Assembly (NCBI GenBank): GCA_009692605.1 | Contig: SHYV01000001.1 | Location: 1-56,614 of the forward strand | Source of the DNA: Myxococcales bacterium | GTDB lineage: Bacteria; Myxococcota_A; UBA796; SXON01 | Length of the DNA stretch: 56,614 nucleotides | Reading direction: 5' to 3' | Shown here: in pieces, positions 36,638-44,681 of the stretch | How positions within the stretch are numbered: the first letter of the stretch is position 1 | Layout: each line of letters begins with the position of its first letter | Made by a program: the position numbers and the translations under genes | The notes under the pieces: model-generated | What the model saw: only the letters and a program-made list of their open reading frames with translations | What the model was told of the DNA's origin: nothing | Database searches by the model: none

Positions 36638-38667
36638 TCTGGACCGACGATCAGGAGGCGGTGCTCGCGCATCCGGCCGACGCCCACGCTGTGGTCCGTT
36701 CGGCACCCGGCGCGGGCAAGACCACGACGCTCGTCGGACGGGTGCAGCGTCTGGTTGAGACCGTGGAACCCCGCGTCGTGCGCGTGGTGATGTTCAACAA
36801 GGCGGTGCAAGAGACCTTCGTGGAGCGCCTGGGCGTGCGCGCCGTCCGGGTCAGCACGTTTGATGCCCTGGCGTTCGAGGTCCTTAGGGTGGCTGAGCGG
36901 CAAGCCATCCTCTCCCGCCCGCTCGAGGTGCGGCCGGAGCTCACCACATGGCTCGCGCGGGACGTCTTTCGCGGCCATCGTGAGGCCTTTGACGACCCCG
37001 ACGAGATCGAGCGGGCGGTGGCGTTCTGGAAGGGGCACCTCGTGTCGCCTTCGAGGGCGGCGTTTCCTTCGAACCCTGCGCTCGTCGAGGCCTACCGGCA
37101 GTTCGAGGAGCGGAGGCTCGCGGGCGACACGTTGCGGCTTGGCTTCGAGGACATGGTGTACACCGCGGTCGGCGTGCTGCGAAAGCACCCGCGCCTGCTC
37201 GGCCGCATCGATCACCTGCTCATCGACGAGTTTCAGGACGTGAACCCGGGGCGGGTGGAGCTGGTGCAGCGGCTGATCCATGAGGGCACCTCGCTGATGG
37301 TGGTGGGCGACGAGGATCAGGGGATCAATGAGTGGTGTGGGGGGCATCCTCGGTACTTCCGCACCTTCGCCGATATGTTCACCAAGCTCCCGACCCTTGA
37401 GTACCGGCTCTCGCGGACGTTCCGCTTCGGCCCGGAGCTAGCCGAGGCCGCCACGCGGATGATCGCGTTCAACACTGAACGATCGCCCGGTACGATCGAC
37501 GGGGGCGGAAGCGCTGGGCGACTCCAGCTCGTAGCGGACGTTGGCGTGACGGTACGCCAGCTGCTGAGGGACGGGACGACCCCCTCGGATATTGCGGTGC
37601 TTTATCGTGGGAGAACACAGGGAGCGGGTGTGTTGGCCGCGATGATCGGGGATGGCATCCCTCTGCACACCGAGGACGTGAGCCTGCTGCGCGTCGGACG
37701 CGGTCCGGAGCTCGCGCTGGGATACCTCCGCGCCGCCACCACCGAGGCGGCCGTCGCGTTCGACGAGGCGTGGATGGTCGCCTTTGCGCCGGAGCGATAC
37801 ATCCAAAAGGAGGCGTTCACCGCACAGGTTCGCCGACTTGGGCGCAAGGGGCTCCGGGCGGTGGTGCGAGACAGGGCGGTGGCGATGGAGTGCGGGCAGG
37901 GGCCGGGTGGGCTCCGCTCCCTCGCCGAGCTCGCGCGCCTGTTGGAGGCGATGGGGCGCTGCGCGACCGCCGCCGCCGCGCTCGATCTGCTGCTGCTGGA
38001 TGTCGATGTGGACGAGCAGATCCGCGCGCGTCTGAAGTCCGATCGGGAGCAGGACACCGCGATCGCCTGCTTCCATGCGCTGCACGCGCTCCTTCGCGGC
38101 TCGGGCGTCTCCCCGCGTGACGCGGAGGCGTCGGTCGCTGCGATCGACGCTCAGCGGGGGTGCCCGCTTGGCCAATGCGTTCGCGCGTGCACGATTCACA
38201 AGGCGAAAGGCCTGGAGTGGAAGCACGTTTTGTTGCCCGGGCTGACCGAGGGGGCGTGCCCAGCCGAGGAGCGAGGCCAGGTGGTGGGCACGACGGATGA
38301 GCCCGGTGGGATCGCGCAGAGCCCGTGGATCGAGCAGGAGCGGCGGATCTTCTACGTGGCGGTCACGCGGGCGATCGAGGTCTGCTATCTGCACGCGCCG
38401 GGTGATAATCCCAGCCGGTTCGTCGAGGAGCTCTCCCCGTCGAGGCCGGCGCAGCTCAAGGCGTCGCTGACCGGGAGCGCGCGGGCTGGCCCGCAGGGCG
38501 TGCCTTGGTCTGGCGGCGATGACCGGCTCATCGTCCGGCGTTGGGCGGCGGGGGACGGCCTAAGCGGGATCGCGGTCGCGCTCGGCCGGACGCCGGCTGC
38601 GGTCGCCGCGCGGCTGACGAAGTTGGGGGAGGTAGCGAGCCGCGCGGAGGCCCGGCTTCGGCCGTGA
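36634..38667 (+). CDS. UvrD/Rep-family SF1 helicase with a C-terminal Myb/SANT-like helix-turn-helix tail
   Basis: Motif I SAPGAGKTTTL, motif II LLIDEFQD, motif III VGDEDQGINEW, and motifs V/VI TIHKAKGLEW and YVAVTRA. The tail reads WSGGDDRLIVRRWAAGDGLSGIAVALGRTPAAVAARLTKLG. The TTG start overlaps the GMC stop. Confidence 0.85.
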   Translation: MIWTDDQEAVLAHPADAHAVVRSAPGAGKTTTLVGRVQRLVETVEPRVVRVVMFNKAVQETFVERLGVRAVRVSTFDALAFEVLRVAERQAILSRPLEVRPELTTWLARDVFRGHREAFDDPDEIERAVAFWKGHLVSPSRAAFPSNPALVEAYRQFEERRLAGDTLRLGFEDMVYTAVGVLRKHPRLLGRIDHLLIDEFQDVNPGRVELVQRLIHEGTSLMVVGDEDQGINEWCGGHPRYFRTFADMFTKLPTLEYRLSRTFRFGPELAEAATRMIAFNTERSPGTIDGGGSAGRLQLVADVGVTVRQLLRDGTTPSDIAVLYRGRTQGAGVLAAMIGDGIPLHTEDVSLLRVGRGPELALGYLRAATTEAAVAFDEAWMVAFAPERYIQKEAFTAQVRRLGRKGLRAVVRDRAVAMECGQGPGGLRSLAELARLLEAMGRCATAAAALDLLLLDVDVDEQIRARLKSDREQDTAIACFHALHALLRGSGVSPRDAEASVAAIDAQRGCPLGQCVRACTIHKAKGLEWKHVLLPGLTEGACPAEERGQVVGTTDEPGGIAQSPWIEQERRIFYVAVTRAIEVCYLHAPGDNPSRFVEELSPSRPAQLKASLTGSARAGPQGVPWSGGDDRLIVRRWAAGDGLSGIAVALGRTPAAVAARLTKLGEVASRAEARLRP

Positions 38668-38678
38668 CCCGGGCGGAC

Positions 38679-40004
38679 CTAGGGGGTCAGCCGCGTGACG
38701 GTGCGCGGGAACGGGACGGACTGGCGCACGTTCTTGACGTCGCAGATCCAGGTCACCAGCCGCTCAAGCCCGGCGCCCATCCCGCCATGCGGCACGGTGC
38801 CGTAGCGACGCAGGTCGAGGTACCACTCGAACGCCTCCATCGGGAGCCCGTGGTGGTTGATCTTGCGGACCAGCTCATCGTAGCTGTCCTCGCGCTGGCC
38901 GCCGCCGATGATCTCACCGTAGCCCTCAGACGCAAGGACATCGACGCCGAGCGCGCGCTCAGGCCTCGCGGGGTCGGCCTTCATGTAGAAGGCCTTGACC
39001 GCGGTGGGGTACCGGTGGACCATGATCGGCCGGTCGAATTGCTGGGTCAGCTCGGTCTCATGCCGGCTCCCGAAGTCGTCTTCGGGCTCCACCGCGGTGA
39101 ACTCAGGGTCGCCCTTGGCGGCGGCCAGCGCGGCGATCATGGCGGTTGCCTCGTCGTAGCTCATGCGCGGAAACGGCTTCTGCACCCGCTCCAGCACGGC
39201 GATGTCGCGCCCGAGCGCTTCGAGGTGATGTCGGCCGTGCTTGAGCACGTGCGCCACCACCTCGACGATGAAGTCCTCGCACATGTCCATGATGCCCTCG
39301 AGGTCGATGAACGCGATCTCGGGCTCCACCATCCAAAACTCGTTGAGGTGCCGGCGCGTATCGGATTTTTCCGCGCGGAAGGTCGGGCCAAAACAGTAGG
39401 TCTTGCCGAACGCGGTGGCGCCGGCCTCCTGGTACAGCTGGCCGGACTGCGAGAGGTAGGCGGTGCGGCCGAAGTACTCGGTCTCGAACAGCGTGCTGGT
39501 GCCCTCACAGGCGTTCGGCGTGAAGATTGGGCTGTCGAGCAGCAGAAAGCCGCGCTCGTCGAAATAGTTCCGGATCGCCTGAACGACGAGGTGCCGCACG
39601 TGCAGGATCGCGTGCGGGCCCTTCGACCGGAACCAGAGGTGCCGGTGGTCGAAGAGGAAGGCGTCCCCGTGGTCCTTCGGGGTGATCGGGTAGCCGTCGG
39701 ACGGTCCGACGATGCGCGCGCCGGTGACCTGAACCTCGAAGCCTAGCTTCGAGCGGGTGTCGGCGACCAGGAGCCCGTCGATCTCGAGGCTCGACTCCTG
39801 GCCGAGCGCCTTGATCACGTCGAACAGCTCGTCGCCGAGGGTGGCCTTGTTGCACACGCACTGGATGATGCCTGACCCGTCGCGGAGCTGGAGGAAGAGG
39901 AGCTTTCCCTTCCCGGCTACGTTGTAGATCCAGCCCTGCAGCGTGACGACGGTGTCGTCCGTCGGTGTCCTACGGCGGGAGATTTCAGCGACGGTGGTGA
40001 TCAT
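38679..40004 (-). CDS. asnS: Asparagine--tRNA ligase
   Basis: Class IIb motifs FRAEKSDTRRHLNEFWMVE and GYGEIIGGGQRE (AsnRS-type), motif 3 GMGAGLERL, and the C-terminus FPRTVTRLTP. ATG at 40004. Confidence 0.9.
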   Translation of the reverse strand: MITTVAEISRRRTPTDDTVVTLQGWIYNVAGKGKLLFLQLRDGSGIIQCVCNKATLGDELFDVIKALGQESSLEIDGLLVADTRSKLGFEVQVTGARIVGPSDGYPITPKDHGDAFLFDHRHLWFRSKGPHAILHVRHLVVQAIRNYFDERGFLLLDSPIFTPNACEGTSTLFETEYFGRTAYLSQSGQLYQEAGATAFGKTYCFGPTFRAEKSDTRRHLNEFWMVEPEIAFIDLEGIMDMCEDFIVEVVAHVLKHGRHHLEALGRDIAVLERVQKPFPRMSYDEATAMIAALAAAKGDPEFTAVEPEDDFGSRHETELTQQFDRPIMVHRYPTAVKAFYMKADPARPERALGVDVLASEGYGEIIGGGQREDSYDELVRKINHHGLPMEAFEWYLDLRRYGTVPHGGMGAGLERLVTWICDVKNVRQSVPFPRTVTRLTP

Positions 40005-40150
40005 GACGTTTGGCCCGGGATCGAGCCGGCGCGGTAACATGCGGGGGCCGGGCGGTACAGATGGCGGGCAAGGGTGCCACATCCTGTCGCGATTCGGCCG
40101 TCAGCGCGCGATCGTCGTTGGCTCTCGTGGCTGCGCGATACCCTGCTTCG

Positions 40151-41038
40151 ATGTCCGAAGTCCGCGACACCGGGGTCCTTGGCACCGTACTCGACGCGGC
40201 GCGCCTGCTTGTAGGTCAGGTGCGGCACTGGCTGCCGATGGTAGCGGTGCTGGCGATGATCGGCGCGCTCCCCGAAGCCCTGATTGAACACTACCTGCCG
40301 GACATGGCGACGCTCCTCCACGTCCTGATCAGCATGGACACTGAGGATGTCGCGGCCGCGGCCGGCATGGTCGTGCTCCTGTTGAGCTTGAAGTTCGTGG
40401 TCACGCTGGTCGCGTTGATGTTCGCCTTCGTCATTCTGGCGGACCTCTCGGCGGGGCGGACGCCGGATGTGTGGGCCGGGATGCGCCGGCTGGCGAGCTG
40501 GCGGCTGCAATTCGCCTGGCTGTTGGCTGGGGTGTTCGAGCAGACCGCGATCAGCTTGTGGTTCATGGGTGGCGCCCTCTTGCTCGTGCCGGTGGGCCTC
40601 GCCACCACGGTGGCCTACGAGGAGGACAACGGTTTTCAGTCGTTCCCGAGGGCGCTGCGTCTCGGCCTCCTTGAGATGGGCTCCGCGCGCCCGGGCGTTC
40701 GGATCGCGATCGCCGTGACCCTTGGGTTCCTGCTCGGTGCGGTGGTCAGCGGGGTCATCAGCGTGGTCTCGTGTGCGACGTCCGCGGCCAGCGTCGGACC
40801 CGCCGTCTTCGACCTGCTCAAGACGGTCCAGACGGGGCAGCTCCCCACGCTTCCTGGCGGCGGGCTGCCGGCTGACTCCGGCCTTGGATGGGGGCGCGTC
40901 CTCTTCGTCGTCCTGGTCTCGCCCGTCGCGGTGTTGCCGACCGTCTTTATGATCACTGTCCAGCAGCTCACGTACTGGCAGGCTCGGCGGTTCGACGACG
41001 CGGCTTGTCGCGCGGCAGGTCACACGGGCAGGCCGTGA
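40151..41038 (+). CDS. Hypothetical polytopic membrane protein
   Basis: ATG at 40151, about six hydrophobic segments, no family recognised. Confidence 0.6.
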   Translation: MSEVRDTGVLGTVLDAARLLVGQVRHWLPMVAVLAMIGALPEALIEHYLPDMATLLHVLISMDTEDVAAAAGMVVLLLSLKFVVTLVALMFAFVILADLSAGRTPDVWAGMRRLASWRLQFAWLLAGVFEQTAISLWFMGGALLLVPVGLATTVAYEEDNGFQSFPRALRLGLLEMGSARPGVRIAIAVTLGFLLGAVVSGVISVVSCATSAASVGPAVFDLLKTVQTGQLPTLPGGGLPADSGLGWGRVLFVVLVSPVAVLPTVFMITVQQLTYWQARRFDDAACRAAGHTGRP

Positions 41039-41064
41039 CGCAGCGAGGTTCGGGCGTGGGCGGC

Positions 41065-41655
41065 TTAGCGCGCGATCACGTCGAACGTGACGTACATCGA
41101 GGGAGAAAGGGAGGAGATCACGATCGATGGGTCCGGGACGCCGTAGTCAGCCCAGGCGAGATCGACGCGCCCCGATAGCCGAAGTTCGTCGCCGGCGTAG
41201 CTGAACGCGGCGGGGATGGAGACGGTGCGCGTGACGTCACGGATGGTCAGCGGTCCGGTCAGGGTGATGGTCCCGGCGCCGGTTCGGGTCCGGAGCATTT
41301 TGGTATCTCCGGTGATGGTCGTGGCCCGAAAGGTGATGTGGGCGAACCGGCTGGCCTCGAGGCAGTAGCTGTGCAGACGCGCGTCCCGGGGGCCGGAGCC
41401 GGTCAGCATGCCGGCGGTGGGCACATCGAGGTACCCGGTCAGCGCCACTGGGTCTACCGTGCCGGTGAACGGGGCCCGCCCCGAAAAGTCCCCAAGGGTG
41501 GCGCTGTTGTGGAAGACGATGGAGCTCTGCTCGGTGAATACGAGGTCGGCCGCGCGGGCGGGCGCGGCGTGTACTGCGTACAGTGCCAGCACGACGTAGG
41601 GGGCCAGCACGACGTAGGGGGCCAGCCCTGGCCGCGCGGCGAGCACCCGGTACAC
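41065..41655 (-). CDS. YceI-like periplasmic protein
   Basis: A signal peptide followed by a pattern resembling the YceI-like beta-barrel (FHNSATLGDFSG, HITFRATTITGD, LTIRDVTRTV). Confidence 0.6.
   Translation of the reverse strand: MYRVLAARPGLAPYVVLAPYVVLALYAVHAAPARAADLVFTEQSSIVFHNSATLGDFSGRAPFTGTVDPVALTGYLDVPTAGMLTGSGPRDARLHSYCLEASRFAHITFRATTITGDTKMLRTRTGAGTITLTGPLTIRDVTRTVSIPAAFSYAGDELRLSGRVDLAWADYGVPDPSIVISSLSPSMYVTFDVIAR
41585..41625 (-). repeat. 18-bp tandem duplication inside the YceI-like signal peptide
   Basis: The plus-strand unit GCCAGCACGACGTAGGGG occurs 2.3 times, encoding LAPYVV LAPYVV LA. Confidence 0.85.
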
Positions 41656-42524
41656 TACTCGGCCTGAATCGTGTGCAGCTCGATGTCGAAGGTCAGGTTG
41701 CCCGACGGGGCGCCCGGCTTCATCGGCGTGTCGCCATAGGCGAGGTCGGCGGGGATCCAGAAGCGGGTCTTCTCCCCCTCGACCATCAGCTGTACGCCCT
41801 CGGTCCAGCCCTTGATGACGCCGTTGAGCGGAAAGCTCGCGGTCTTTTTACGTACGACCGAGCTGTCGAACATCTTGCCGTCGATCGACCACCCCGTGTA
41901 GTGGACCTCGACCGTGTCGCTCGCCTTGGGGTGCACCTTTCCGGTTCCTGGGGTCAGGACCATGTAGGCCAGCCCCGACGCCGTCTTCGTGGCGTGCCGC
42001 GGCGCTGCGGCGACATCGTCGGGCGCGAGGATGGGCTTCGGCGCAGCCTGAATGCCCTTGAGCTCCACGTCAAATACCAGCATGCCCGCTGGCTTCCCTT
42101 GCTTGTCGGCGTACGCGAGCTCACTTGGGATCCAGAAGCGTGTCTTCTCCCCTACGGTCATGAGCTGTACGCCTTCGGTCCAGCCCTTGATCACCTGCGT
42201 CAGCTTGAACTTGGTGGTGTTTCCACGCACGACCGAGCTGTCGAACATCTTTCCATCGGTGGTCCAGCCGGTGTAGTGCACCTCGACGCGGTCCTCGGCG
42301 ACCGGGTGTTCGCCGCCGGTCCCGAGCGTCAGGACCTTGTAGGACAGGCCCGATTTGGTCGTGACCGCGTCAGGGGGCGGCGCAGCGACGTCAGAGGGCG
42401 CGGGTAGGTCTGTGGGCTTGGCCTTCGCGGTGGCGAGGGGCTTTGGTGCGTCGGCGGCCCGGTCGCAGCCGGACAAGGCAAGGAGGCCGACGAGGAGGGG
42501 GACCAAAACGGAGTGTGCGCACAT
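41655..42524 (-). CDS. Lipoprotein with two tandem FKBP-type peptidyl-prolyl isomerase domains
   Basis: Lipobox LLALSGC. It has two copies of VEVHYTGW..DGKMFDSSVVR...VIKGWTEGVQLM.VGEKTRFWIP..LAY. Confidence 0.85.
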   Translation of the reverse strand: MCAHSVLVPLLVGLLALSGCDRAADAPKPLATAKAKPTDLPAPSDVAAPPPDAVTTKSGLSYKVLTLGTGGEHPVAEDRVEVHYTGWTTDGKMFDSSVVRGNTTKFKLTQVIKGWTEGVQLMTVGEKTRFWIPSELAYADKQGKPAGMLVFDVELKGIQAAPKPILAPDDVAAAPRHATKTASGLAYMVLTPGTGKVHPKASDTVEVHYTGWSIDGKMFDSSVVRKKTASFPLNGVIKGWTEGVQLMVEGEKTRFWIPADLAYGDTPMKPGAPSGNLTFDIELHTIQAE

Positions 42525-42557
42525 GACCAGGGGGTAACCGGCTGGTTATCCGGCGGC

Positions 42558-42965
42558 ATGCGCCTCTCGAGAAACGCCCCATGCCCGTGCGGATCGGGCC
42601 GCAACGCCAAAGGATGCTGTGCGCGTCTGCTGGATGGCGAGCTTGCCACCGACGCGGCGGCCGTGATGCGCTCGCGCTACACGGCATATTCGGTGGGCGA
42701 CCTCGCGCACCTGATCCGGACGACCCACCCGGACAGCCCGCACCACGGCGCGAACCGTAGGGCGTGGACAGAGAGCCTGCGGGCGTACTCGGAGGGGACC
42801 GTCTTCCATGGGCTCGACGTGCAGTACGTCGCGCAGTCGGGGAACGAGGCTCTGGTCCAGTTCCATGCCAGCTTGACGCGCGACGGCCAGGACGTCTCGT
42901 TCACCGAGCGGAGCCGTTTCCGGCGGGTCGGGGATCGCTGGCTCTACTTCGACGGAGAAGGCTGA
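42558..42965 (+). CDS. ychJ: YchJ-family protein with an N-terminal SEC-C zinc motif
   Basis: PCPCGSGRNAKGCC at the N-terminus and an NTF2-like remainder (MRSRYTAYSVGD). Confidence 0.7.
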   Translation: MRLSRNAPCPCGSGRNAKGCCARLLDGELATDAAAVMRSRYTAYSVGDLAHLIRTTHPDSPHHGANRRAWTESLRAYSEGTVFHGLDVQYVAQSGNEALVQFHASLTRDGQDVSFTERSRFRRVGDRWLYFDGEG

Positions 42966-43603
42966 CCGAACAGGTTCTTGATCCGACATTTGATGCGGGC
43001 GAGCAGGCCTCGCTTCGCGGAGCAGGTCTTCGGCTCCGGCGCGGGCGAAGCCGCGGGGGGCTTGCGGCGGGGGGGAGGCAGCTCCTGCTCCTCCCCGCTG
43101 CCCTCGCGCTGGTGGCTGTGCGAGTGCCCGTGGCTGTGACCGTGGTCGTGGCCATCGGCTGGCGCGGGTTCCGCCGCTGCCGCTGGTTCCGCCGCTGCCG
43201 CTGGTTCTGCCGCTGCCGCTGGTTCCGCCGCTGCCGCTGCCGCTGGTTCTGCCGCTGGTTCTGCCGCTGCCGCTGGTTCTGCCGCTGCCGCAGCTGCTGC
43301 ATCTGCGGGCGCTGCATCTGCGGGCGCTGGGGTTGCGCCCTTCTTCTTGCGCTTTCCGGCGCCTGTCGCTCTCGTCTGTTCGCCAAGCGCTCGACCCTCC
43401 GAGTGCAGGCTGAACGATGTGCCGTCCCAGCGCAGCAGGCCGTCTTCCACCATGCCCTCCAGCAGCTCCGAGAGCGGCTGATGGCTGACCAGCAGCTTCA
43501 GGCCGCACCACTCGCCGAGCACCGGCATGCTCAGCTCCCCGCCTTCCTCCAGAAGGTGCAGGCAGATCTTCTCACGGCGGCTCTGGACGAGGGTGTCGGA
43601 CAT
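42944..43603 (-). CDS. Winged-helix-like protein with an (AAEP)n low-complexity linker, a His-rich tract and a basic C-terminal tail
   Basis: The N-terminal ~80 aa resemble a small wHTH (FeoC/MarR-like: ICLHLLEEGGELSMPVLGEWCGL...LLEGMVEDGLL). This is followed by KRKKK, the Ala/Glu/Pro repeats, HDHGHSHGHSHSH, and the C-terminus CSAKRGLLARIKCRIKNLFG. Confidence 0.6.
   Translation of the reverse strand: MSDTLVQSRREKICLHLLEEGGELSMPVLGEWCGLKLLVSHQPLSELLEGMVEDGLLRWDGTSFSLHSEGRALGEQTRATGAGKRKKKGATPAPADAAPADAAAAAAAEPAAAAEPAAEPAAAAAAEPAAAAEPAAAAEPAAAAEPAPADGHDHGHSHGHSHSHQREGSGEEQELPPPRRKPPAASPAPEPKTCSAKRGLLARIKCRIKNLFGQPSPSK
43165..43335 (-). repeat. Imperfect 12-18 bp coding microsatellite (plus-strand GCCGCTGCCGCTGGTTCY units, then GCATCTGCGGGCGCT x2)
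   Basis: Read directly from the sequence. It encodes the AAAAEP/ADAAP repeats of the wHTH-His protein. Confidence 0.8.
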
Positions 43604-43646
43604 TTCCCGTCGCTAACCAGCTGGCCGCCGGTGTGCGGACGTCGGG

Positions 43647-44681
43647 TCACGCGAGCGCCTCTCGTACCACGTCATCCCACGAGCGCACGTTGACCGCTGC
43701 GCGACGCCCCGCCCAGCATCGGATCGCGTCGACAAGCTCGGGCCCACAGGTCCCGCCCTCCCCGGTCAGGAGCCTGCAGTCCCCGATGTCGCTGGCGACC
43801 ACCGGCGTGCCCTGAGCCCTGTAGGCCAGAATTTTGAGCGGGCAGAACCAGGGCGGCGCGTCCGGCCCGTACGGCGCCAGCCCGATGTCCATGGCGGCGA
43901 CGTAGTCGGCGACCTCGCGCTCGGGCACCTGTCCTACGCACCGCAGGCGGGGGTGGCTGATTTTTATCGGGCCGTCCCCGACGCAGAGGCCCACGGCTTC
44001 GGGGATCGCGTCCAGCAGCTCCGGCAACCTTTCGACCCCGTGCCAGGGCTTCATCGACCCGAGGAACCCGAGCACGAGCTGCCCATCGAGGCCAAGACGC
44101 CGCCGGGTGCCCTCGCGGTCGCCTAGATGCGGTTGGACCCCGTTCGGCACGTGTCGCACGTCGTTGGCGCCTTCGCTGCGCGCCCAGTCCACCAGCCACG
44201 AGGAGACCGTGACCACCCGGGACGCCGATCGGAGCGCCATGGCCTCTGTCGCGCCTCCGAGCCACGGAAACGTCAGCGACTCGAACATCCGACGCTCCCG
44301 CGCGAGCGGTGCGTTGACCTCCAGCACACGCGGGATGTCTGCCGGCAGCAGCGTGCCGGTGACCGAGTAGAGCGCGTGCCGCTCCCAGACGAGCGTCGGT
44401 CGTTGGGCGCGACAGAGTCCCACTACCGTCCGCGCCACACGGATCTCGTTCAGCTCGCGGTAGCGTGCACCGAACGTCGGCCAGCCCGGCAATACAGCCG
44501 GCACGAGGACGGAGAGGTCGGCCTCATCCTGCTCGCCCCGGGCGTCGGAGCGGCTGGCGGCGATGATCGGGGCCCGCAGCGCGCGTGCGACGCCCCGGAG
44601 GTGCGCGGAGGCCCCGGAGGGCCCCAGCGCCGGGATGCCGACGGCCGTGCACAGCACGACCGGCCGGGCGCCTGCGATCAC
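43647..44681 (-). CDS. GT-B fold glycosyltransferase (family 4-like)
   Basis: GTG at 44681 overlaps the rhomboid stop (GTGA). The C-terminal EX7E-region-like segment is FCPLKILAYRAQGTPVVASDIGD. Confidence 0.7.
   Translation of the reverse strand: MIAGARPVVLCTAVGIPALGPSGASAHLRGVARALRAPIIAASRSDARGEQDEADLSVLVPAVLPGWPTFGARYRELNEIRVARTVVGLCRAQRPTLVWERHALYSVTGTLLPADIPRVLEVNAPLARERRMFESLTFPWLGGATEAMALRSASRVVTVSSWLVDWARSEGANDVRHVPNGVQPHLGDREGTRRRLGLDGQLVLGFLGSMKPWHGVERLPELLDAIPEAVGLCVGDGPIKISHPRLRCVGQVPEREVADYVAAMDIGLAPYGPDAPPWFCPLKILAYRAQGTPVVASDIGDCRLLTGEGGTCGPELVDAIRCWAGRRAAVNVRSWDDVVREALA

Noticed and set aside
38541-39746. Plus-strand ORF of 401 aa opposite asnS
   Set aside because: It is antisense to a gene with unmistakable class II aaRS motifs.
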